This document shows positions 1 through 8,717 of a stretch of 56,443 nucleotides of DNA, in pieces. The position numbers and the translations under genes are program-made. Source of the DNA: an uncultured Bacilli bacterium (GTDB lineage Bacteria > Bacillota_I > Bacilli_A > RF39 > UBA660); contig CANQKO010000006.1 of NCBI GenBank assembly GCA_947624505.1, forward strand, positions 1 through 56,443. The letters run 5' to 3'. The notes below the pieces were generated by a model that had not been told where the DNA came from, ran no database searches, and worked only from the letters and a program-made list of their open reading frames with translations. Position 1 is the stretch's first letter. Each line of letters starts with the position of its first letter.

Positions 1-77
1 TGGTGGACCTCGTAGGACTCGAACCTACGACCGCCCGGTTATGAGCCGGATGCTCTAACCAACTGAGCTAGAGGTCC
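1..77 (-). tRNA. tRNA-Ile2 (CAT anticodon, lysidine type)
   Basis: Reverse complement GGACCTCTAGCTCAGTTGGTTAGAGC...CCGG-CTCATAA-CCGG...GGTTCGAGTCC...GGTCCACCA; cloverleaf, CCA end; GGACC acceptor typical of Bacilli tRNA-Ile2. Confidence 0.9.
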
Positions 78-182
78 GCATTTCTTTTTAATTATACTAT
101 ATCTCTTTTTAAACTGCAAGACATAAAAGAAAAAAGATGTTAATTTTTAACACCTTTATTCCCCTTTTTAAATCAATATCTA

Positions 183-605
183 TTAATGTTTATCTTGTAA
201 CATATTAAGTAAGTCAATTTTGAACATATCTTTTGAAGCATTAGCTTTGGAAATCATAATTCCTTTATAAGTAGTTAACTCTGACATATGTCCCTCTAAT
301 AAAATATCTTCTGGCGTTATAGTTTCAAGAATAACTACTTTTTCTTTCTTATGAGCAGTATAAATTAACTTAACCTCACCGTGGATTTGCGTAAACATTT
401 TATCACTTGGTAATCTAAGTTCATATTTTTCTGTGCCATTTTTTCTATCAGTTTTTACTTTTTCTCCTACAAATTTACCATTTCTTAAAGCTGGATAAAA
501 ATCAAAAGTTAATTTCTTAAAAGCGAGCATATTATACTTCTTTAAAGCTCTTTCTAACTTTTTAAATTCATTTTCATTAACGTAATCTAAAACGTATCCT
601 TTCAT
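183..605 (-). CDS. hypothetical protein
   Basis: 140-aa ORF with GGGGG RBS; no family recognised with confidence. Confidence 0.7.
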   Translation of the reverse strand: MKGYVLDYVNENEFKKLERALKKYNMLAFKKLTFDFYPALRNGKFVGEKVKTDRKNGTEKYELRLPSDKMFTQIHGEVKLIYTAHKKEKVVILETITPEDILLEGHMSELTTYKGIMISKANASKDMFKIDLLNMLQDKH

Positions 606-746
606 CTAACATACCCCCTAATTACGTTATAAGTATAGCACATAAAAAAGAAAATGTCAACTATCTGTCTAAAATTTCTTGATTTAGCAATAAATTGGCA
701 TTTTCTTCTTGCTTTTTTGTAAAACTTTTACATTTTATTTTGACGT

Positions 747-992
747 CTATTTTAAATAAACAATTGTCTCTCCCAAGTTCCAATTATTAAGTTGAAATTT
801 TAATACTTTCGGATTATCTTTTAAAATTTTATGAACCTCTTTAGTTAAAATATTAGTACTCTTTCCGTGAATAATAATAATTTCTTTATTATGCATTTTA
901 ACATTATCATTAATAAATTCCGTAACAAGAGCATATACCATTGCCACTTCTTCACCGTGGAGATCTAATTTTGGACTCTTACTTGTTAACAT
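747..992 (-). CDS. stand-alone Smr/MutS2 C-terminal domain protein
   Basis: LDLHG...IIHGK...G.TIV Smr motifs. Confidence 0.85.
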   Translation of the reverse strand: MLTSKSPKLDLHGEEVAMVYALVTEFINDNVKMHNKEIIIIHGKSTNILTKEVHKILKDNPKVLKFQLNNWNLGETIVYLK

Positions 993-2166
993 TTTGATTT
1001 ACAACATTAGGGTTTTGATTATTTACCACATTGCTAGCAACTTGATTATTATTTACTACCCCACCATTATTAGGCATATTTTGAATATTTTGAACACCAG
1101 CATTTTGATTTATATTCCCATTTTGATTATTTATAGCTCCATTATTTAATTGAGAACTATTTACCGGTTGGTTTCCAACATTAGCATTTCCCGAAGGTGT
1201 TGCTGGAGTTTGTGAATTTAGAGGCGGTGTATCATTTGGCACACTCGTACTATTTTGACCGCCAAACTTTGAATCATAATAATTAGAAACATCTGATAAA
1301 GATGGTAAAGAATTTCTAGATGTTAATTTAGTCGTAGCTATTGAAGCTGCAATAGTACCATATATTAAACATTTTTCTAAATCAAATTTCTTTAATACCC
1401 CATAAGCATAACCACCAACAAAAGCTTCTTTAGCACCATTAGTATCTACAATTCCCACTCTTACTGGAGGAAGAATTTTAACTTGGCCACCTATAGAATA
1501 AATACAACCTCTTTCGCCAATCGTAATAATAACTTCTGATTTATTATATTTTTGCTTAATAGAATTATAAATACTTACTAATGTAGCTGTATTATTAAAA
1601 TCAAACTTTATATTAGTAGCGCTTTCCGCAGCACTTTGACTAAAGAATAAAGTATTAGCATATTTACATAATTCAAGCATTTCTTTATCAAATCTAGATA
1701 CAATTAAATAAGTTGGTATTTTCTCATACTTATCAAACGCCGCTACTGTAGCATTAAAATCATTACCATCAGATATAACAATATCAGGTTCAATTCCAAA
1801 AGAATATTTTTTCAAAAAAGAATTACTTTCCAAATCTAGAACGGTTTTATTCTTAGTTGTTTCATTAACAATGACTATACTTTGACCTGTTTTTTTATCA
1901 TAACTAGTTTCTAAATAATCCGTTTTTATCCCAATTGTTTCATATTCTTTTTTAATTTTAGAAGCTCCATCATCTGGACCTAACATACTAGCAATATAAG
2001 TTTCTACTCCCCATTTACCTAGTAAATAAGCTACATTTCCAGCAAGACCACCACCACATTCAGTTTTATTATTAATTCTAATAGTCTTTCCTTCTTCAAT
2101 TCGTTCATTAATTACACAAGTAGTCTCAATTACTGACTTACCAATACATAATACTCTCACAAGCAC
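979..2166 (-). CDS. PfkB/ribokinase-family kinase with N/Q-rich C-terminal tail
   Basis: GGG.AGNVA, ITIGERG, VDTNGAKEAFVGG motifs; low-complexity tail of about 95 aa. Confidence 0.8.
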   Translation of the reverse strand: MLVRVLCIGKSVIETTCVINERIEEGKTIRINNKTECGGGLAGNVAYLLGKWGVETYIASMLGPDDGASKIKKEYETIGIKTDYLETSYDKKTGQSIVIVNETTKNKTVLDLESNSFLKKYSFGIEPDIVISDGNDFNATVAAFDKYEKIPTYLIVSRFDKEMLELCKYANTLFFSQSAAESATNIKFDFNNTATLVSIYNSIKQKYNKSEVIITIGERGCIYSIGGQVKILPPVRVGIVDTNGAKEAFVGGYAYGVLKKFDLEKCLIYGTIAASIATTKLTSRNSLPSLSDVSNYYDSKFGGQNSTSVPNDTPPLNSQTPATPSGNANVGNQPVNSSQLNNGAINNQNGNINQNAGVQNIQNMPNNGGVVNNNQVASNVVNNQNPNVVNQNVNK

Positions 2167-2208
2167 AACCTACTTTCTATCAAATATTATACAATAAACT
2201 TTATCTTT

Positions 2209-2541
2209 TTAAAAGAGGGATTTAAGAATCTCCATAATTACTTTGCTACTTTTTGTAACAAATACTTCAATACTACTTGTAAGACTGTCTCCAAGCTTAG
2301 AAAATTTGTTACTATAATCAACACTTTCATTTTCTAAATAAGAATCTAAGTTTATTTCTTCGCCACTAGCAATTTTATCTTCAAATTCCTTAATATTATT
2401 CTCGGTTATTATAACTTTATTTCTTATTCTTCCTTCATAATAGCCACTAAAACTAGCTATATATAAAGCAATAAAAACAATAAAAAAAGCTAGGAGAATT
2501 TTTAAAACAGGATGAATTTTTTTTCGTTTAACCATTCTCAT
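2209..2541 (-). CDS. membrane-anchored protein downstream of spoIIP (YqxA-like position)
   Basis: N-terminal TM segment; synteny with spoIIP. Confidence 0.55.
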   Translation of the reverse strand: MRMVKRKKIHPVLKILLAFFIVFIALYIASFSGYYEGRIRNKVIITENNIKEFEDKIASGEEINLDSYLENESVDYSNKFSKLGDSLTSSIEVFVTKSSKVIMEILKSLF

Positions 2542-3445
2542 CTTCCTTTATAAACTGTGCTAATATTTTAGCTAAAGCTTTTAGGGTATTATCTACTTCA
2601 GTTATATTGTTGTATTGCCCTCCTACTTCAATTAATAAAGTGTTTTGATCAAAATCTTGATTATATATTCCATTTACTCCAGTCCCACTTTTTTTAGTAA
2701 TACCCCTAAATAAATCAGGACTAAAAGCTTTAATTAATTCCGCTAATTTATTAGCTTTTTCTAAATTTATTTCATAATTATCGTGTTCAAGCCCAACCAC
2801 TAATAAAACTTTAGCATAACTTTTTCCATCAATTGTCGCAGTAGTTTTTTCATATTTACTACTATCTCTGTGCAAATCTATAAAATACTTTAAAGTGTTA
2901 ATTTCTTTTTTTCTTCTTTCTAAAAGCATTCGACTAACACTATAACTATCACTATACTTTAAACTTAGTGCGTGGATCATATTCGTAATATTTTCTTCTT
3001 CAACATATACCCCAATTTCCTCATCTTCTAAATATTCTTTTAACATTTTGCTAGCAAGTAAGACACCGGTAGCAATATTATAAGCCCCAAGATAAGGACT
3101 TTCATATTTTTCTTCTTGGTGCGTATTATATAGATAAACTATTTTATCAAGTGTTTTTTCTTCATTTTCTAAAATATCTAAAGGGGGAATTATTTCTACT
3201 TCACTTTTTTCTACTGGTTTACTTTCTTCTAATTTAATATTAAGAGCATATTTAAGTAGAAAATCGACATCAGTAATTTTTTCCCTTTTATTAATCCCAT
3301 CACTTAATAATAAATCAATTATAGTATTATTATTAATTAAATCATTTTTATATAAATGCTTTATTGTAAAAGCAATGCTAATCAAAAACAAACCTAAATA
3401 AATAATTAAGCGATTAAATTTTTTCCGAGTTTTAAATTTTCTCAA
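2528..3445 (-). CDS. spoIIP: stage II sporulation protein P (autolysin)
   Basis: YLYNTH.EE.Y, IDLHRDS, NGIYNQD...LLIEVGGQYN motifs; divergent from rpsT. Confidence 0.9.
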   Translation of the reverse strand: MRKFKTRKKFNRLIIYLGLFLISIAFTIKHLYKNDLINNNTIIDLLLSDGINKREKITDVDFLLKYALNIKLEESKPVEKSEVEIIPPLDILENEEKTLDKIVYLYNTHQEEKYESPYLGAYNIATGVLLASKMLKEYLEDEEIGVYVEEENITNMIHALSLKYSDSYSVSRMLLERRKKEINTLKYFIDLHRDSSKYEKTTATIDGKSYAKVLLVVGLEHDNYEINLEKANKLAELIKAFSPDLFRGITKKSGTGVNGIYNQDFDQNTLLIEVGGQYNNITEVDNTLKALAKILAQFIKEDENG

Positions 3446-3605
3446 ATCATCATCACCAATTATATTATAATTATCTATAACTATATATTATGTCGAACGA
3501 TGAAAAAATATTAAATTTTTTATATTTTTAAAATTATCTAATATTTGCCTTGCACATTGGTATATTTTTTGATAAAATTAATATGAATTTTTAAGGAGGG
3601 ATTTT

Positions 3606-3869
3606 ATGCCAAATATCAAAAGTTCTAAAAAAGCTGTGAAAGTTATTGCTAAAAAAACTGATGAAAATCACGAATTAAAAGCTAAAGTTAAGAATTTAAT
3701 CAAAGCTTGTGAAAAAGAAATCGCTGCTTCTAATGTTGATGGCGCAACTAAAGTTTACAAAGATTTACAAAAGAATATTGATAAAGCATATCAAAAAGGA
3801 TTAATTAAAGAAAATACAGTTAATCGTGAAAAGAAAAGATTAAATGCTAAAATTAAAAATATGAAGTAG
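3606..3869 (+). CDS. rpsT: 30S ribosomal protein S20
   Basis: MPNIKSSKK..., IDKAYQKGLIKEN; AAGGAGG RBS. Confidence 0.95.
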   Translation: MPNIKSSKKAVKVIAKKTDENHELKAKVKNLIKACEKEIAASNVDGATKVYKDLQKNIDKAYQKGLIKENTVNREKKRLNAKIKNMK

Positions 3870-3918
3870 TTTACTACTTTATTTTTTTTTGGTAAACTAT
3901 TATTGATTGAGGTGTGAT

Positions 3919-4878
3919 ATGAAAAAATATATTGTTCCACTAATTTGTTATTTATTAATAATTTTAGTTTTATTTAATGCCAAAACAATAACTTCTTTTT
4001 TATCAAGAACAGTATCTAATAAACCAGTTTTAACAATTCCCGAAAGTGATGAATATGCTAAGAAATCTGATTATCTATATGTTCAAAATAGTAAAGATTA
4101 TATACCCTATTCTTATCAAGATTTATTAAATATCTTTTATAGTGCTCTAAATAATGGCTTTGAAGAATTTACTTTTTATTGTCCCAGCGAATATGAAGAA
4201 TGCCTAGATGATTATACGAAGATTATGAGTTCAAGTGATATATTAACTCATATTAATAATTATGTTCACCCATACCATACTATTTTAAATCCTTTAGAAG
4301 CAAGTCATAATGATTCAGGCGAAATAACTTTAAATATTAAATATATTTATACAGAAGAAGAAATTAATAAAGTTAATGAATACGTTGATAAAGTAATAAA
4401 TGAATTATATAAAAAAGATGATAGTGATTATAATAATATTAAAAGAATTCACGATTATATAATTAATCATACTAAATATGATATTGAAAGAAATAATACT
4501 GGTGATAGTAAATATAAATCATATATAGCTTATGGACCCGCTATTGAAGGATATGCAACTTGTAATGGTTATGCCGATTTAATGGCTATTATTTTAACTA
4601 AATTAGGTTATGAAAACTATAAAATAGGAACCACTAATGAAGATATTAATAATGAGTCAGATGGTCATGTGTGGAATGCGGTTAAAATAAATGGTAAATG
4701 GCTTCATATCGATTTAACTTGGGATGATCCAGTTCCTAATCCTCCGACTGATGATAAAAATTTCTTATTAGATAAATATTTATTAGTAACAACTGAAGAA
4801 TTAAAAAAAGCCGATGAAGGCGAAGTAACTGTTAATGCTCATAACTTTAATGTTAGTTATTATCAAGAATTTAAATAA
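3919..4878 (+). CDS. transglutaminase-like domain protein, membrane anchored
   Basis: IHDYII, C.GYA, GHVWN.V, W.HIDLTWDD catalytic-triad motifs; GAGGTG RBS before ATG 3919. Confidence 0.85.
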   Translation: MKKYIVPLICYLLIILVLFNAKTITSFLSRTVSNKPVLTIPESDEYAKKSDYLYVQNSKDYIPYSYQDLLNIFYSALNNGFEEFTFYCPSEYEECLDDYTKIMSSSDILTHINNYVHPYHTILNPLEASHNDSGEITLNIKYIYTEEEINKVNEYVDKVINELYKKDDSDYNNIKRIHDYIINHTKYDIERNNTGDSKYKSYIAYGPAIEGYATCNGYADLMAIILTKLGYENYKIGTTNEDINNESDGHVWNAVKINGKWLHIDLTWDDPVPNPPTDDKNFLLDKYLLVTTEELKKADEGEVTVNAHNFNVSYYQEFK

Positions 4879-5242
4879 CTTTTTTATCATAATACAAATA
4901 ACAAATGCAATCAACATCAGCATTAAATTCAAGTAAATCATTTATTTCATTATAATTTAAGGCATCATATATTATATTTCCTTTTTGATCAACGCATTTA
5001 GATTTACTGCTATTATATTCATAGTTATCTTTGATAAAATTAGTATCAGTTGTTTTAATATAATCTTCTTGTCCTTGATGTTGTTCTAACATAAAAGTAA
5101 ATTTAACATCATTTTGTTTAATAACAACTTCATCTAAAACAACTGGTTTATTATGACTACTTTTATACATTAAAAATAAAAAACAAGATTCAACAATAAT
5201 TAAAAAAATAACAATTATTGCTTTTTTATGCATATTAATCAC
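4871..5242 (-). CDS. small membrane-anchored protein, paralogous to the N-terminal module of 6267..8309
   Basis: TM then F...EQ....D...T.F...Y..N....C.D..GN.I ... C.LY(Y/F)D shared with the 680-aa protein. Confidence 0.65.
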   Translation of the reverse strand: MINMHKKAIIVIFLIIVESCFLFLMYKSSHNKPVVLDEVVIKQNDVKFTFMLEQHQGQEDYIKTTDTNFIKDNYEYNSSKSKCVDQKGNIIYDALNYNEINDLLEFNADVDCICYLYYDKKVI

Positions 5243-5281
5243 ACCTTTTATTCTATCTAAATTGTAAGGTAATTTTGTTTA

Positions 5282-6136
5282 TTAGTCAATTATTTTTTCA
5301 ATATATGTACATACTTCCTCATAAGTTTTAGAAAAATCTTTAAAATTAGTATTAAACCATTTAACATTCATTTGATTATTAAACCAAGTATATTGCCTTT
5401 TAGCATAATGCCTAGTATTTTTTTTGATTAATTCCTTTGCCTCATCTAAAGTACAATTATTATTTAAATATTCTAAAACTTCTTTATAACCAATGGCTCT
5501 TTTTAAAATATTAACATTACCATATTTGTGATATAAATATTTTACTTCTTCAACTAAACCTTCTTCAAACATTTTATCTACTCGTTTATTAATAATATTA
5601 TATAAATTTTCTCTTTCAGTGGTTAGTCCTATAAACAAAGTATCATATAATATAGTAGGCTCTTTTTTAGTTTTATCTACTCTATTTAAATAATTTTCTA
5701 ATCTTCTTCTATTACAAACATCTATTTTTAAATCTTTATCAAAAGTTAGACACATTTTATATAATTCTTCATTACTATAATTGGAATAATCACCTTTTTC
5801 TATTTTACTAAAGCTATAGTCATATAAACCAGCTTTAATATATAAACCTGTGCCTCCAACTAAAATAATATTTCTATTTTTGTATTTTTCTAATTCTTTT
5901 CTTAAATCTAATTGATAATCAGCAACACTGTAGTCTTCATTAGGATTTTTAATATCAAATAAAATATGTTCTATTCCTTCTTTTTCACTTTCTTTAACTT
6001 TAGCACTGCCTATATTAAGTTCTCTATATATTTGAGTAGCATCAGCATTAATAACAACGCCATTATATTTTTTAGCAAGTAGAACACTTAATTTAGTTTT
6101 ACCTACTCCGGTTGGTCCAACAACACATATAATCAT
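5282..6136 (-). CDS. miaA: tRNA dimethylallyltransferase
   Basis: GPTGVGKT, INADATQIY, VGGTGLY, AIGYKE, RHYAKRQYTWF. Confidence 0.95.
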   Translation of the reverse strand: MIICVVGPTGVGKTKLSVLLAKKYNGVVINADATQIYRELNIGSAKVKESEKEGIEHILFDIKNPNEDYSVADYQLDLRKELEKYKNRNIILVGGTGLYIKAGLYDYSFSKIEKGDYSNYSNEELYKMCLTFDKDLKIDVCNRRRLENYLNRVDKTKKEPTILYDTLFIGLTTERENLYNIINKRVDKMFEEGLVEEVKYLYHKYGNVNILKRAIGYKEVLEYLNNNCTLDEAKELIKKNTRHYAKRQYTWFNNQMNVKWFNTNFKDFSKTYEEVCTYIEKIID

Positions 6137-6187
6137 TTTATCACCACTTTTATTGTATTATATCTTACTATTTTTATTTTCTCAAGT

Positions 6188-6217
6188 AAAGAAAAGAGAG
6201 ATTATATTAAATCTCTC
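6188..6217 (-). terminator. intrinsic terminator after the 680-aa gene
   Basis: minus strand GAGAGATT-TAATAT-AATCTCTC-TTTTCTTT. Confidence 0.7.
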
Positions 6218-6266
6218 AAAGAGTTAAGTCTATGAGGTTTTTACGAGTTTTCCTTCTCGATGCATC

Positions 6267-8309
6267 TCATAGAACAATGATGAAGGGATCAGAAGATGAA
6301 CCGGTTCCAGAAGAAATCAAAACATCAGACGAAAGATAAAAAACGGGTCTGACCGCGAAGTTACCTAATGTGGAAAGAAACCTATAGCCAGCATCAAACT
6401 GATCTCCACGAGCGTATCCATCACCACCACCGACGTCCGCAATCCCCCATCCGACGACCCAGTTATCAGAGTCCGCTTCGAATCGGCCGAACAACCAAGA
6501 AGATGATATATCGTGATACCCAAGAAATTCATAATCAGTATCCGACATATTCCCGAAATCCGAATAGAGGAAATCACTAAACAAGACAAGTCCAATCTTC
6601 CCGGGAACTGAGGGGAAGCCGTACTCGAATGAGCAGTTATCATTGACCGCTTCGAAATCATACTCACCATTTGAAACAATGTCCGGCCAAGAATACTCTA
6701 TAATTTTATTTTGCCATTTTGAACCTAATTTATCATAAAATTTTGGACCATCCAAATCCTTATGTAATTCGCTCTGACTCCAAGTTAGACCCTCGGGACA
6801 TTCAACGCACCAAGGCAAACCTTCCTCCAACCATATATTCTTGATCAACTTCACGACACCAGCTGTCGTAATTCCCATAACGCGATAAATATATTCATTG
6901 CTCATTATTTCACCTTCACAGTCCGATTCTGAATTGTATCCAAAACATATATAATTATTTATTGTATCATAGCTTCCTGCAAATCTTGTCATTCCATTAC
7001 AATCGGTAACTGTTAACCCTTTTATTGGATTACTAGCAAAATATTCTTTAACTGGTGTCCCTTTTTTATCTGTCGTTACACTAACACTTGGATAGTCTGT
7101 ATTCCATCTTCCTGATGCATCTCTTACTCTTCCTTCTATGGTGTATTCTGTTCCATCACTTAATTGACTTATTGTACAACTTCCATTTGAATTAGATGCT
7201 GTTACCCAACTTCCTCCACTTTCTCTACATTGTCTTGCTATTATTGAATCTTGTCCTTCATATCCTACTGTTACTGTTATGCTACTTGTATCTTTAGAAC
7301 TAGATGAAATGGTTGCTACTGGATTTATTTTATCTAACTTTATACTTTGAGATGATATATCTGATTCATTCCCTGCTTTATCTTTTACTTTTATTTTTAC
7401 ACTATGACTTCCTTCTATATCTTTTAATATATAACTTGTATTTAATGTTGTACTTCCTGTTGTTTTATAATCACAATTTTCTTCATATACACAATAACTC
7501 TCTATATTACTCTCTGTTATACTTGCATTATATGTTATATTATTTGTATGAGTATAAGTTGATGGATCACTTAATGTTTGACTTTCACTTGTATCTGCTG
7601 CTCCTGTTAAGGTAAATGTATTTATTACTGGTGCTGTTCTATCTACTGTTATTGTTGTTGTTGATTTATCTGTTGTTACTGATACATTATTCGCTTTATC
7701 TTTTAAATATATATACATTGTTTTTTCTCCATCAGTTGCTTCTATTGTTAATGTATTTGTTTTTTTACTTATCTCTGTCCATTCCGTACATTCTATTGTA
7801 TTACTTATACAATATTGTGTTACATCTGTATCAACATATTCTAATGTATATGGTATATTTTCTGTTTGATAGGTAAATCCATTATTTAATTCTGTTCCAC
7901 CACTTGTCTTTCCTGTTATACTAAATCCATTTACTTCTGGTACTTTATTATCTATATCAAAATATAATTCACAATATATTGTTTTGCTACTTTCTATTGT
8001 TACTCTTCCATCTATACTTCCTTTTGTTAATTCTTGGGTTGGTTTATATTCTATTTTATTACCATTATAATCATAACACATAGTTTGTGTTGTATTTAGT
8101 AAATAACCACTAGTAGGAAATGTTGTATCATTAGATTCTTTCCAATCTTTTCCATTAAATGTTTGTTCTTTATATATACTAAATTCTTTTCTTTCAATTT
8201 TACTTACTTTATTCTTTTCTACCACACTAGTATCTTTTTTAAATACTAAAAATACACTTAACATTGTAAGTAATACTATTAATATTGTTATAAATTTCTT
8301 ATTTTTCAT
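6267..8309 (-). CDS. membrane-anchored surface protein with Ig/FN3-like repeats and a C-terminal C-type-lectin-like (DUF6273-like) domain; candidate DGR target
   Basis: N-terminal TM; D..AP/KDKA.N.S Ig-like repeats; ends AVRPVFYLSSDVLISSGTGSSSDPFII; strong compositional shift in the 3' part. Confidence 0.75.
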   Translation of the reverse strand: MKNKKFITILIVLLTMLSVFLVFKKDTSVVEKNKVSKIERKEFSIYKEQTFNGKDWKESNDTTFPTSGYLLNTTQTMCYDYNGNKIEYKPTQELTKGSIDGRVTIESSKTIYCELYFDIDNKVPEVNGFSITGKTSGGTELNNGFTYQTENIPYTLEYVDTDVTQYCISNTIECTEWTEISKKTNTLTIEATDGEKTMYIYLKDKANNVSVTTDKSTTTITVDRTAPVINTFTLTGAADTSESQTLSDPSTYTHTNNITYNASITESNIESYCVYEENCDYKTTGSTTLNTSYILKDIEGSHSVKIKVKDKAGNESDISSQSIKLDKINPVATISSSSKDTSSITVTVGYEGQDSIIARQCRESGGSWVTASNSNGSCTISQLSDGTEYTIEGRVRDASGRWNTDYPSVSVTTDKKGTPVKEYFASNPIKGLTVTDCNGMTRFAGSYDTINNYICFGYNSESDCEGEIMSNEYIYRVMGITTAGVVKLIKNIWLEEGLPWCVECPEGLTWSQSELHKDLDGPKFYDKLGSKWQNKIIEYSWPDIVSNGEYDFEAVNDNCSFEYGFPSVPGKIGLVLFSDFLYSDFGNMSDTDYEFLGYHDISSSWLFGRFEADSDNWVVGWGIADVGGGDGYARGDQFDAGYRFLSTLGNFAVRPVFYLSSDVLISSGTGSSSDPFIIVL

Positions 8310-8331
8310 AGATTATTCTCCCAACGATTAC

Positions 8332-8407
8332 ATAGGTAAATATTACCTATCATAGATTTAATTATAGGCAAAATGTACCTATATGTCAATAGGTAAATTA
8401 TAACTAT
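8332..8407. promoter_or_regulatory. three 19-bp operators (ATAGGTAAA-N-TTACCTAT type) overlapping a consensus sigma-A promoter for 6267..8309
   Basis: 8332-8350 ataggtaaatattacctat; 8364-8382 ataggcaaaatgtacctat; 8389-8407 ataggtaaattataactat; minus strand TTGACA (8389-8384), 17 bp, TATAAT (8366-8361). Confidence 0.8.
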
Positions 8408-8432
8408 ATTAAAATAACATTGGTGGTTATAG

Positions 8433-8672
8433 ATGAATAGATTAAAAGAATTAAGAGAGGATAAAGATATTTATCAAAAAGATATTGCTAAATATTTAAA
8501 TATTGATCAATCTAATTATAGTAAGTATGAATTAGAAAAGATTAATATACCTGTTATTATTTTAAAAAAACTAGCTGATTATTATGATACATCAATTGAT
8601 TATTTATTATATAGAACCGATAAAAAGGAAGCTTTACCTAAATCAATTATGAAAGAAAATAAAGAAAAATAA
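8433..8672 (+). CDS. XRE/Cro-C1 family HTH regulator
   Basis: RLKELRED...QKDIAKYLNI.QSNYSKYE...LADYYDTSIDYLL. Confidence 0.92.
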   Translation: MNRLKELREDKDIYQKDIAKYLNIDQSNYSKYELEKINIPVIILKKLADYYDTSIDYLLYRTDKKEALPKSIMKENKEK

Positions 8673-8717
8673 TTTATCTTTTAGAAAAATTATGTTATAT
8701 TAACGGTGTGATTTTTT

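Noticed and set aside
183..605. RelE/ParE-like toxin fold (YELRL...KLIY...VVIL)
   Set aside because: Only a loose pattern and no antitoxin partner; needs a structure search
6365..6679. Alternative-frame ORFs 6365..6679 and 6368..6580
   Set aside because: By-products of the local GC rise and A depletion removing stop codons; no recognisable product
7304..7876. Leu/Tyr-rich plus-strand ORFs
   Set aside because: Antisense shadows of NNA-biased codons in the 680-aa gene
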